Shown: positions 27,503 to 38,394 of the stretch, piece after piece
How the letters are laid out: every line of letters begins with the position of its first letter
Numbering within the stretch: position 1 is the first letter of the stretch
Source of the DNA: Ylistrum balloti
Lineage: Eukaryota
Assembly: GCF_031769215.1 (NCBI RefSeq)
Contig: NW_026782116.1
Span: forward strand, 124,001-188,000
Reading direction: 5' to 3'
Length of the DNA: 64,000 bases
Translations under genes and position numbers: made by a program
Notes under the pieces: generated by a model
The model's input: the letters and a program-made list of their open reading frames with translations, nothing else
What the model was told of the DNA's origin: nothing
The model's database searches: none

Positions 27503-28059
27503 TATATGAAAGTAGAGCGAACAGGTAGGGGAAGAAAAATGTGGAAAGGGATGCCATGTTATTTTAATGTAAGATTTGCCATTCATTTAATCATGTTTTT
27601 CTGTTATTTCTATGGAGTTGTTTATAATGGGAAAACAGTTGTATCCATGGTGATTTAAATTGGGAAATTTACTGGAGATCAGAAGCTATGGTATTATTTC
27701 ATTCGGGGCTTTCTCAAAATGACAAAACCCCATGGATCTCGATGTGCCTGTTGAGTTCATTTATACTTTTATATTATCTAAACTTATTCTCAAGCTATAA
27801 CTGTATCTTAAGTGTTTTCTTCTCATATTTCATCTTGAAGCTCTATGCTTTCAAATTTTGATTTCCATTTATGAAATACACTATATTTGTATACTGTTAT
27901 ATTACTGTTTCCTGCTTTTCATGTATTTCCACCTTTGAAATCTTTCCTTCTGAATTGTCTTTTCCATTTAATACTACATACTTCATATACTGTAATTCAA
28001 GTATTTCTATACATGCCAGCAGTATTTTTCTACTTCAACTTTTCTCTCTGTCTCTGAAG

Positions 28060-28176
28060 AACTTTGGTAACACTCCACCTTCTGGTCACTTCCGACACCC
28101 AGGACCCACCCACATGACCCATTCAGGTCAACGACGTGGCAACCAAGGAAGCTCGGGTGGGGCGTGGTTAAGAAAG
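28060..28176 (+). CDS. Matrin-type ZnF protein exon 8 (probable, possibly a cassette exon)
   Basis: Pyrimidine tract then gaag|AAC. 117 nt, symmetric phase 0: NFGNTPPSGHFRHPGP...GAWLRK. Donor AAG|gtacca is weaker. Confidence 0.55.
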
Positions 28177-30006
28177 GTACCACCAAAGATGTCTTACTGC
28201 TGCATCTTTTATCTGCTTATTGCTGCAACACTTACTCACAGCTTGATTTGCTTTTGCTCTGTTTCTGTTTTGTTTTTGGCCATGACAACTTTTAACATCT
28301 AGCTGGAGACTAGGGTTTACTACTTGTTTTACTATTTGTTTATCACAATGGTTATTTCAACACAATTTTTTCGGATTTTTTTTATTTATTCTGACATTGC
28401 GTATAATTGTTATCATAGATTGTTTATTTGGTGTCTGCCAACAGTTTATAGGTTAAAGGTTGGTTCAATTTTCCAATCTTCTTACACATTGTCAGAACAA
28501 TTTTGTGAATTGTTATGAAATATTTGAGTATTCTGTATTTAACTTACAAAATTTTGTTGAATGTCTTTAAGTAGATTTCTTTAGACTTGTTTGATTGTTC
28601 ACTTCTAGTAGTAGTTGTTTAACCAGGCATTGATGTTTTCTTTCTAAAGTTTGTGAAGTTTTGATCTAACACCATTACATTGTTACTTACCGGTATTCTT
28701 CATGAGTGGAGCCAATAACTGATATCAGAATATTGTTTGACCTATGTAATTATAAACATGACTCCTGTATATACAGTCATCACCAGTTACTCCACAAGTT
28801 TTGATTTATAACATTCTAACTGGTAATCTGATCATTTCTTTGGTTGTGATAAGAAGTGGCCTGGATATTAGTCTTAAGTGGATTTTTCTGAAATTCTTTG
28901 TTGTGTGATCTGTATAAGACTACTAGCACACATCACCTCTGTATCTGTTTGTCACAGGAATAGGAACAACAACGTATCATCTTTGACATTATAATAGTGA
29001 TTCAGGTACTGTTGGTATAAAGCTGTATGATAATTAGGGTTTGTATTACTTGTGTTAAGGTATATTTATTTGTGAAACATAGTTCTATTGTTTGCACCCA
29101 AGTTATTGATGGATGTATACTTGGTCTTATGTATCACCTGACTGGACGATTCTTGTGTTTTGACAGACGTCTCGATTTGACTTATGGCCCAGATGTAATG
29201 TTTGTAGCCAAATGTTCAAGTCCCCTGAGAAATTTATCAGACATCTCAAAACACCACATCACTTGGAGGTGCGTTAGATTTTCTCAGACTTTTTAATGAT
29301 CTTAACCCTGATACAGGTTTTATATTAGTCATCCAAAAACTATTAGCAAAGAATCAGCTTTATACTTTGAAACTTTATTGTTTGGTGGAATAGTCAATGT
29401 TTGTTCTTTATTTTGAAAAACTTTCTCTTAGGGAATGTACCAGGTAGAGTAGGAAGCCATGTTCTTAAAATGTATTAACCTGATGTGTTTGCCAGTGTGT
29501 ATAATACCTTTTAGTGAAATAAAGTTTTTTCTGTGGTGGGTATATCATTCACTTGACTCTAAATGCATTTGACAATATGTGGCATGGCTACTGTTCCCAT
29601 ATTCATACATGTACTCTATCTTATAAGAATATGAGACAGCCACCCAGTTTTGTTATTCTCTGTACTCAAATATATTGGGTCGTAGATTCAAGCTTTTTCT
29701 GTTTGATTCACTCTAATTTGAAACTCCACGCTTTCCCTTGGTGATGGATTTTAAAACAAACTTACGGATGTATATATATAATTAGAAAAAGATATTGATG
29801 AATTACGTGAGCATCAGAACATCTGGTTATTAGATTGCTCACCAGGCAGCCTTATAGATACACGATACTTGTTCTTTGATACTAACAAGGCACAATATTT
29901 TTCTCCAGGAACACATTTTCTTTTCCCTATGTATATAGAAACCTCGGACATCTGATAACTGATATACAGTTGCAAAAATACAACCTCCACTCTTTTATTT
30001 TGTTAG

Positions 30007-30126
30007 AATCTTCGTGATCGTGCAAGGAAGTCAAGTCGAGAAGAAGATGAGGACAACGGTTTCCCAGATTTTGGTGACATGGTCACTGTTGATACTATTG
30101 GATTTGAAGATGATTATTTATCACAG
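30007..30126 (+). CDS. Matrin-type ZnF protein exon 9 (MH3-like acidic motif)
   Basis: ttgttag|AAT...CAG|gtacaa. FGDMVTVDTIGFEDD resembles the [F/L]VTVD-x-VG-acidic motif of CIZ1/MATR3/ZNF638. Confidence 0.88.
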
Positions 30127-30434
30127 GTACAAGATTTGTGTAATTGTTTTCATTTGAATAACTTCAGGAGCTTATAGTAAGGAAATGTTATATCATATAA
30201 TCTATGGTGTCATTGAAATGTAAATGATCCTGTAACAATTTGAAATAAGAAAACAAAATCAGAGGGCAGAATGTATTCATTTCTAAATACAAATCGATAC
30301 CAATCATAGTTTTACATCCTGGTGTCTGAATATAATTCTCAGAAAAATTATCTCTATATATAGTCTGTATGATTTTTAGAGGGCGACATTTTCTGTATGC
30401 ATATGAGAGGTTATATAAATATTTTCCTTTACAG

Positions 30435-30543
30435 GATGATGAACAGGATGTGTCGGACCGAAACCAGGCAGAGTGCTCAGATAAGGATGACAAATTGGAT
30501 ATTGCTCATACAAAACAAGTCTATGACCCAGAGACAGCTGTTG
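30435..30543 (+). CDS. Matrin-type ZnF protein exon 10
   Basis: cctttacag|GAT...G|gtatgt. Ends YDPETAVG, the motif that leads into the C-terminal matrin finger. Confidence 0.85.
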
Positions 30544-30889
30544 GTATGTAAAGTGATTTCTTCCCCTCCAGTTGTGACACATGCTTGAGATCGAGATATT
30601 GCTTAAACATACCTGTGATTGAGGTTATGCATTTGGAAAAAGAAATTGTAAATGGTACGAAAAACTTATGGAAAGTGGAGTAAAAACAATTATTTCTTGA
30701 AAATTCAGTTACCACTGTTTTGGAAATAGTCATATCCTACACTTACAAGGTTATGTTTGTAGTTTTGCAGTTGTGAAGTTTAATGTTAAATGCAGGTTAT
30801 ATTCAAAAAGAAAATGTTCAGATTTGTGTGATCGGAAGATATTAGGTATAATAGATAATACCTATTACAATTTACTGAACTGCTTACAG

Positions 30890-31011
30890 GTCAGAAGTAC
30901 ATAATACCAGTCTCTGGATTCTTCTGTAAACTCTGTCATCGATTCTATAACAGTGAATCAGCTGCCAAAATTAGCCATTGCCAATCAGAGTCACACTTTA
31001 ACAATTACCAG
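30890..31011 (+). CDS. Matrin-type ZnF protein exon 11 (C-terminal matrin zinc finger)
   Basis: GQKYIIPVSGFFCKLCHRFYNSESAAKISHCQSESHFNNYQ closely follows the MATR3/CIZ1 pattern G-x-D/K-Y-V/I-I-P-x-x-GF-x-CKLC-x2-FY...HC-x-S-x2-H. Confidence 0.93.
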
Positions 31012-31543
31012 GTAACTATTGTTTGGCAAGATCCCAGTTACATCTGTGTGCTAGATAAATGAAAATCACAATACATTTCATGTCCACTTTAACAGTTTCC
31101 GATAACTAAGATAAGATTCCATGTACATGTATGTTGGATAAAGGAAAATTAAAATACCCATTGTGACACTTACAACAGTTTTCTGGTAACTATATATACA
31201 AGTCCAGATGTACAGAAAACAAATATATTATGCAGTGTCGCTATAAAACAGTTTCCAGCTCATCTTTGTCATTGCTATTCCAGATTCCCAATTTACAAAT
31301 ATTTCATGATTTGAACAAAGGAAAAAAAGAGATATAGTGATAAAAAATGCATACTGCACAGAACACTGACATGAAAATTAGGTGTAACTGATCACAACAT
31401 TGATGTATATGATCGATCATTCCCTTGATTAGAATTATCTGAGATCTGTTATAATGGATGAGATAAAGATGATGAAAATTAGATGAAATTGCACTGTAAC
31501 AAATCATATGTACACTTACACTTTGGATATTTTTTCTCTGCAG

Positions 31544-32050
31544 AAAGCTGTGTTAAATAAAGCACTCAATAAAAACAGGAAAATTCTAACAAAGGATCAG
31601 GCAAAACAAAAATCAAAGGAATCTGGAGAAAATCCTGATGACCCATCAGAAAACCAAGAAAGCAGCCAAGCAGAATGTAGACAGGAAACGAATGATACAC
31701 AAGATAGTTGTAAAGAGGAATTGGGCACAGCAAAAACCACACAGAGTAATGGTGATATCAATACTGATGTGATAGGCCAGTCATGTGGCTCTGTTATGAA
31801 GACAGAAGCCAACAATACATCAGAAATAGATCCGGATACAGAGGTAAAATTATTGGAGCATTCAAGTGAAGCAGGAAGTCCTGATGTGCCAGATGAAGAT
31901 GGCTTACTTGAGGAGGAAATGGAGGAGGGAGTGGAAGAGGAAATTGAGACAGAGGAGCCAAAATCAGAACCTGTCATTACTAAAGTCGATCAAAAAGGAA
32001 GGGGTGGAGGTCGGGGTCGGACAAGGCGAGGCAGACGAGGAAAAAACTGA
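31544..32050 (+). CDS. Matrin-type ZnF protein terminal exon (acidic tract, then RG-rich/basic C-terminus)
   Basis: ctctgcag|AAA; in frame to TGA at 32048-32050; ends KGRGGGRGRTRRGRRGKN. AATAAA candidates near 32900 and 35562 suggest a long 3' UTR. Confidence 0.85.
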   Translation, partial: KAVLNKALNKNRKILTKDQAKQKSKESGENPDDPSENQESSQAECRQETNDTQDSCKEELGTAKTTQSNGDINTDVIGQSCGSVMKTEANNTSEIDPDTEVKLLEHSSEAGSPDVPDEDGLLEEEMEEGVEEEIETEEPKSEPVITKVDQKGRGGGRGRTRRGRRGKN

Positions 32051-33914
32051 TGGTCGGGGCAGTTTTAAATTCGATTGCAAATTAAGAATTTTGAAAGTCA
32101 GATATCCAGATATATGTGTAAGAATCTAAAACTAAAATGTGGATGTGATCTGTTGAAAGACCATAAGAAAGTTTTTGATACTATCATTATTACATCTGGG
32201 TTTATGATCGATTAAATCTTTCATTGGGGGATTACTTTTTGATATTAAGTACTGTAACTTTTTGTTATGGTGTTTGTTAAGACTTACGGCAGCCATGATA
32301 ATGACCTGGAGTGATAGGGTATCACTGATGTGGTAAGAATTCCTTTGGTATAATGTATTTATATTATACTACATATTTCTGTAATGTAGCAGTACATTAT
32401 ATATATATGATTAATCCCAAGATAAAATTGCTACTGAACACTCAATGTTACAAGGTTGGTGTATGGAAATCTGATGGTGATTGGTTGCACAAAATATTTT
32501 ATAAATGATTTTCACTGTGAAATGGAGGAAAATATCCATGGTTTGTAATATGTTTTGACCACCAGGTTTTGTTAAAGTCTTGATATTTTTGGTACTTTTA
32601 ACTGTAACTTGCCCTGTAAATTTACTTGTAGTTGTTGTGGAAACTTTTCTGGAGAATTATCTTTTTTTAAGTGTAATTTTCTTTAAAATTTTCATTGAAT
32701 TGTAGATGGCACAAGTACTTGTTCTGTGTATTAAAAAATAAATGATCAGAATAATGGACCAAAGGTGCCATAGATTGGAGAAAGCTTCATTACAAAAATA
32801 CTGCCAATTTACATATCCATAAATGTGTAATTTTTTGTTCTTGCCATTTTGAAAATATTGCCACCATTATATATGTTGTATAATTTTGATATCTCAGCCA
32901 ATAAACAATGCCCTGTATTTGTATTTGAATTGTATATTTTTATCATGAAATGAAATTATGTTCATGTTATGTTACAAATGAGATTGACCTAGCAGAAGGC
33001 ATATAATTGCATCATCTTTTTCAGATCTTTTAACTTCTAATTTTTGTCCGAATCTTTCAAAAATCTTGTCTAAAATCTTCAGATAATCTTGGTGGACATC
33101 AAGTGGTTAGTTTTGTTATGAGTGTTTATCTAATCATTATCATTACCGGTGAATCAAGTGGGAAAAAGTGATTCTCAAGAGTTGATTTGATGTACATTTG
33201 TATTTCAACAATTGTCCCCATAATGTCTGTTTAAAAACTCCATTTAAAAGATATAGCTAGCTATTTCTTTAATATGTGTAGTACAATATTTTTCTGTCCT
33301 AACTTCAAAATGCATTTAAAGTATGTATATCTTTTCCTTAAAGTAGTTACAACAGGTCACATTTTAAATGATTTCTGTGTTTATACTTATTTTACTTGGT
33401 TAACAGTTAATTATGTTTTTAAAGCATGTTGTGATTATGATTTGATTTAGAATGGTTTTACAATTGGTGTAATTCAGTAGATAGTGGAAGTAATTACTCT
33501 TCAAGAGAGCGTATCCACTCTAAGCTTAAACAATGTATAAAATGGATTGATGTTATTGTATCACTTGAAGATTTGATTTTGAAAGTTTTATTGTTGATGG
33601 TTATAGTCAATGTTTGTATTTATTTGGTGGAATTTTTTAGTTAGATTAGTTTACAGTCTAGACTGTCTTGTGTCAAACACGGGGTCCTGAAAGACGGTCT
33701 GGGATTTTTGACGGGGTGGTCATGATGGTAATAGATCCATATATAATGAAGATGACTAACATATATGCTATCTTTTAAATGATATTTTTTTAAAATACAT
33801 GTATCAAGAAGAAATAAAAATACACATTTTTTCATCATTACCATTAAAATAAGTTAAATGAGGTATGTAGAACTACCTAAACTGGATAACTTTCTCTGCT
33901 CATTGTTCCATATA

Positions 33915-34281
33915 TAATGTTGTTTCGAGCCTTGAAGCTTTGGAGCCATCTTTTAAAACTTGAAAATCATCATTTTGCAAACTTTGGTGGTCCTGTCAAA
34001 TTAATACTTCTTTAGTTGGCTTCATGAACCCAAGCTAGTGTTAATTCATTTACGTCCTCATTACCGGTGTTATGACGGCAGCATTTTGAATTTCCTGGAA
34101 CATTGTTCTCATAGTCACTGAGCAACTCTTAACTTCCTCTTATGAAGATTTTGCACTTGAGCCTAACTGACACTTAACTGTTCTGCGATTTTGTATACGA
34201 CAACAACCCGATCCAGCTATTTAATAGTGTCAGTTCTCTGTCACAGTTAATATCACTTTTTTTTTTCTTCTTGTCCGCCAT
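33915..34281 (-). mobile_element. Decayed Tigger/pogo transposase 5' fragment
   Basis: With frameshifts and a stop it reads MADKKKKVILTV.../VYKIAEQLSVS*AQVQNLHKRK/ELLSDYENNVPGNSKCCRHNTGNEDVNELTLAWVHEA, a CENP-B/Tc5 HTH pattern. Confidence 0.7.
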
Positions 34282-36409
34282 GTTTGTTCACTCATTTCTT
34301 CAGGTGATTAAATCTCGAGATATTAAATTCTTGTCATGGCCTCACTTATGCAATTAAATTTTATTTACTCAATTGTTGATAAAAAATTATTGAAATAGGA
34401 AGCTCAAGTAATGTGCAGAAGTTACAATACCTGTTTTTCATTAAGTCTGACATCTGTTAGTAGTATAAATAGTTTAAAAGCTTGAGGAGTATGGTACTTT
34501 GACTGTCAGTTTGATAGGTGTGGGAACTGAGATTATCACAGATTGTATTGCTTACAGTGTGGTGTGTCCATGAGGGATGAGAATCGGGGAAGGTGTCAAA
34601 GTCGCTTAAGACCTGGACTGTAAAAACATGACTGGGAGTTACTGAATACAGACTGACTGAATAGCAAACAGCATTTGGAGGTGGAAGGTATGGTCGAATA
34701 AGGGATGGAGTCGTTTAATACAGGGGTCACTCAGGCAGTCTAGACTGTAGTTGTGATTTATTTGCTTGGGAGAATCAAATTATAATAACTGCAGAGTCAT
34801 TAATTAGATGTGAGCACATTTGTCTGTTCTACATGATACTTGTGATAGCATTATTGTGTATTTAATGTACATGACCCTAAATCAAACATTAATTTATGTA
34901 TTGTCATTAGTGCTGTTTTTATACATATAGAAACCATACTTTGAGTGTTACTGTTTTCTATATGTTCCATCTTACCTTTACACCTTGCTTTATATTCCAT
35001 GTCACAAACATTGTCCTTATATATATTTGTGTGTATATTGACAACTTTACTTGTGTGGTGAATTTGATATGTGTGATGGTTTCAGAAACAATGAAACTTG
35101 CCAAGAGTAGGTCATGGAATTGTTGTATTAGCCAACATTGACTACCTGTTTGAAGGTTACAAATGTACCCAAAGATTCCATTTTACTAATGATGCATGTG
35201 TAGAAGTATATTTTAGAGAATTTTTTTTCTCACTTCACTTGCAATACTCAAAAGTTCTTGCAGTATTCAATTTAATTTTGAAGTTTTAATTGAGTAGAAC
35301 TCGAGAAAGATTACATTACATTTTATAGAGGTGTGGACGCATACAAAATATAGACACTGGTTGAACAGTAAAAGGATACTGTTGTATAGACTTTGTTTCT
35401 TTTTTGTATTACTGTAAATGTTAAAGCAGCATCACGATAAAATGATTTTTATTTACAAAACTTTTTATGATTACATTGCATTATTCCATATTGTTATATA
35501 GAGTTTATAGCCCTAAGAACAAAGTCAGCGGTTTTTGCTGAAATATGCCCATAAAGATTTTAATAAATAAATATAAAACGAAAATCTCTCACTGTTGATC
35601 AACACACGCAAAGAGCATGTCACCTGTAAACAAAGTCTACCTGTATGAATAAGCCACGGTAGAAAGAGGTTGCAGTATCAGCCCCTCAGTGAAAGAAGGT
35701 TAAAGTGTTAATCCTGATTTTCACTAGGGAAGCAACATCTCCGACATGAATTATTTGGGCATGTTTTTAATTAGAAAAACAGAGGTTTATATACTGTCTC
35801 AGTACTGTCATGGTCATTTGTCTCCACCATCATGTGTTCACGTTTTCAGATGAATTGCCTTGCTTTCAAAAATTCACATATCAGATTAGTTTTCCCAATA
35901 AGATTAGTGATCAAGCTAGACATAGAAAATCAAGTGTGAATATTGAGATAGAATAGAAATGGAAGTGTATAAAACAGGTACAATCAATAAAAAAGGGTGA
36001 AAAAAAGTTTTTTTTACCGTGATGGTGCTTTAACCATTTCTGATAGTTTGATTATTCATGAGACATGTCTGTTATTGCTGCCTCAAATTTAAATGTGTGG
36101 ATTACCTAGATGACTACTTGATACATTGTTGGTATGTACAGAGTTCAACAATCATTGTCTAGTGCATAGTAAGACTCCTTCTCTGTCCATTTGTCTGCCC
36201 ATCAACCTATAGCTAATGCTGCACAGTATAACCGAAGAAAAAAGATGGTTTTTGATATAAATCACTTTTTATACTGATGACACAATCTGTATTACAATGT
36301 ATTTGTTCATGATCTAAAAAAAAAAGCTTATGACACAATTGAGGAAATGAAGGATACTAGCACTTGTAGTGTGTGGAATGAGGGAATTACTCTCTGCACT
36401 ACTTTGTCA

Positions 36410-36930
36410 GTCTGAAACCTTGTAATTGAAGGCTTTAAGTATAATGTATAAGTATAAAACAGCCTAAAGTCCTCTAGGTGGAAGTTCAATAATGTCAGAA
36501 AACACTCCTGTCCTGTAAAATCAAAGTCCTGCAGGTGGGGGCTCAGTACTTTCAGTAAAATACTGTCTAAAGGCCTGTAGCTGAAGGTTCAGAAATGACA
36601 GTAAAACACAGTCTGAAGGCATATAGTTGATGGCTCAGTACTGTCAATAAAACACTTTCTGAAGGCCTATTGATGAAGGCTCAGTGCTATTAATAAAACA
36701 CATTTTGAAGGCATATAGGTGAAGGTTAAGTCTTGTCAGTTTAAACAATGTGAAGGCCTGTAAGTGAGGACTTCGTAATGTTAGTAAAACAATCTGAAGG
36801 CCTATAGGTGAGGACTCGGTGTACTTTTGAAGGCTTATAAGTGAGGGCTTCATATTGTCATTCAAGCACATTCCGAAGGATTACAGAAAACACAATTTGC
36901 CTGAATGCCTATATATGAAGGCTCAGTACT
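36410..36930. repeat. Diverged minisatellite, unit about 45 bp
   Basis: Recurring GAAGGC(C/A)TATAGGTGAAGGCTCAGTACTGTCAATAAAAC-like units. Confidence 0.6.
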
Positions 36931-38394
36931 TAAAGTAAAAGATCAAATGTGTTTGTTGTTCATTTGTGAAATGTCAGTCAGAAGTCCTACAGATCAGCAG
37001 TATTCAACAAACTTTATACATTGGTCCAGTCCCATATGTTGCTAAGTGAATTTCTCCTTACAGTGTGAATCTGCATTGTTTTTTTCCCTGAATGCGAGTC
37101 TTTTCTGAAAAGCTTTAGAATACTGTGAAAAGAATTTTCAATAATATATAAAAATTGTAAAAGAAAATAATAATGTTTCATCAAATTACTTATCAAATGA
37201 TATTATTCAAAAGAAATCCAGAATGATTGTTTGTAGATCATGATCATATTCAGGACATTGTCACAGCACATAGTAAAAACATGCTCTTGGTGGAGTGTTG
37301 TCATCAATGGTTTCAGTTGGTAATAAGAGACCAACAGAAACTGTATCATTATATATATTTTTTCCCTATTTAATAGGATAGAATTACCTCTAATCAAGTG
37401 AAATCAATATATGAAGTAAATATATTGCGAGTTTTGAGCATAGAAAAGCAGAAAAAGGTTGTAATATTTAATTCATAGATCCAGTATATTGCATATTGAT
37501 AACCAGAAATATTATTGTGAAGTTCTACATTTTCATAGTGTTCAAATTCCATAGTGTTCAAATTCCAAAAACAGCATTTGGTGTGTGCTTGATTTCGTAG
37601 ATAGGTATCATATTACTAAAGAAATCCACTAATCCTAAATTCATGTCAAGTTTATGACTTCCTGGATTAAGGGTATACCCACGAAATTGATGGAAATCAA
37701 ACAGAAATTAATGATATCACAGTGAAACAATGTTGGCATAAAAGTGGGGAGGTAACATTATTGTAATAGTATCACATTGTTTAATGTTGACAGGAGTATA
37801 GATATGACACAATAGTTCCATGTTCAAGATATACAAATATTCATTCTGATTACAAATGGATGGTCCAAAAAAGCATTTCATATTTGGAAAATAAATCTGT
37901 TATTTTCAATAAAGATATAATTATTTGTTTTATTTATGGTGGTTCTTAGATTTGTACATTCTCTTAATTGCAGCTACTAGTAGTTCACCTGCTCTTCATC
38001 CTGATGTCAGCAGTTGGTAGCCTGTTTAAATTGCCCTTCATATGTGGTCAGAAGACCCTGAAGATGATGTTTATGAACACAAACTTTGGTTTTTTACTCT
38101 CAAATAAGAAAACAAGTATTATTATTATAGAGTTGCAAAGTCATATATAATTTGAACAAAATTAAATACCAGCATATACTTCTTTGACACTGCCCTTCTT
38201 AAGTATGATGATATGTTTTGGACAATTACTTTAAAACTGGGTAAAACTAATTTCAAAAGTTGATTATTGCAAATTTTAATTTGATTATTTGTCATAATGC
38301 TTGTATCGTCAAGAATATTTATATGGGTTATTGAAAAATAGAAATCCTTGATGGTGTTTTCACAAACTATTAATATTTGGAAGGATTTTGGATA

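Noticed and set aside
31597-31977. Ser-rich minus-strand ORF
   Set aside because: Shadow of the acidic terminal exon.
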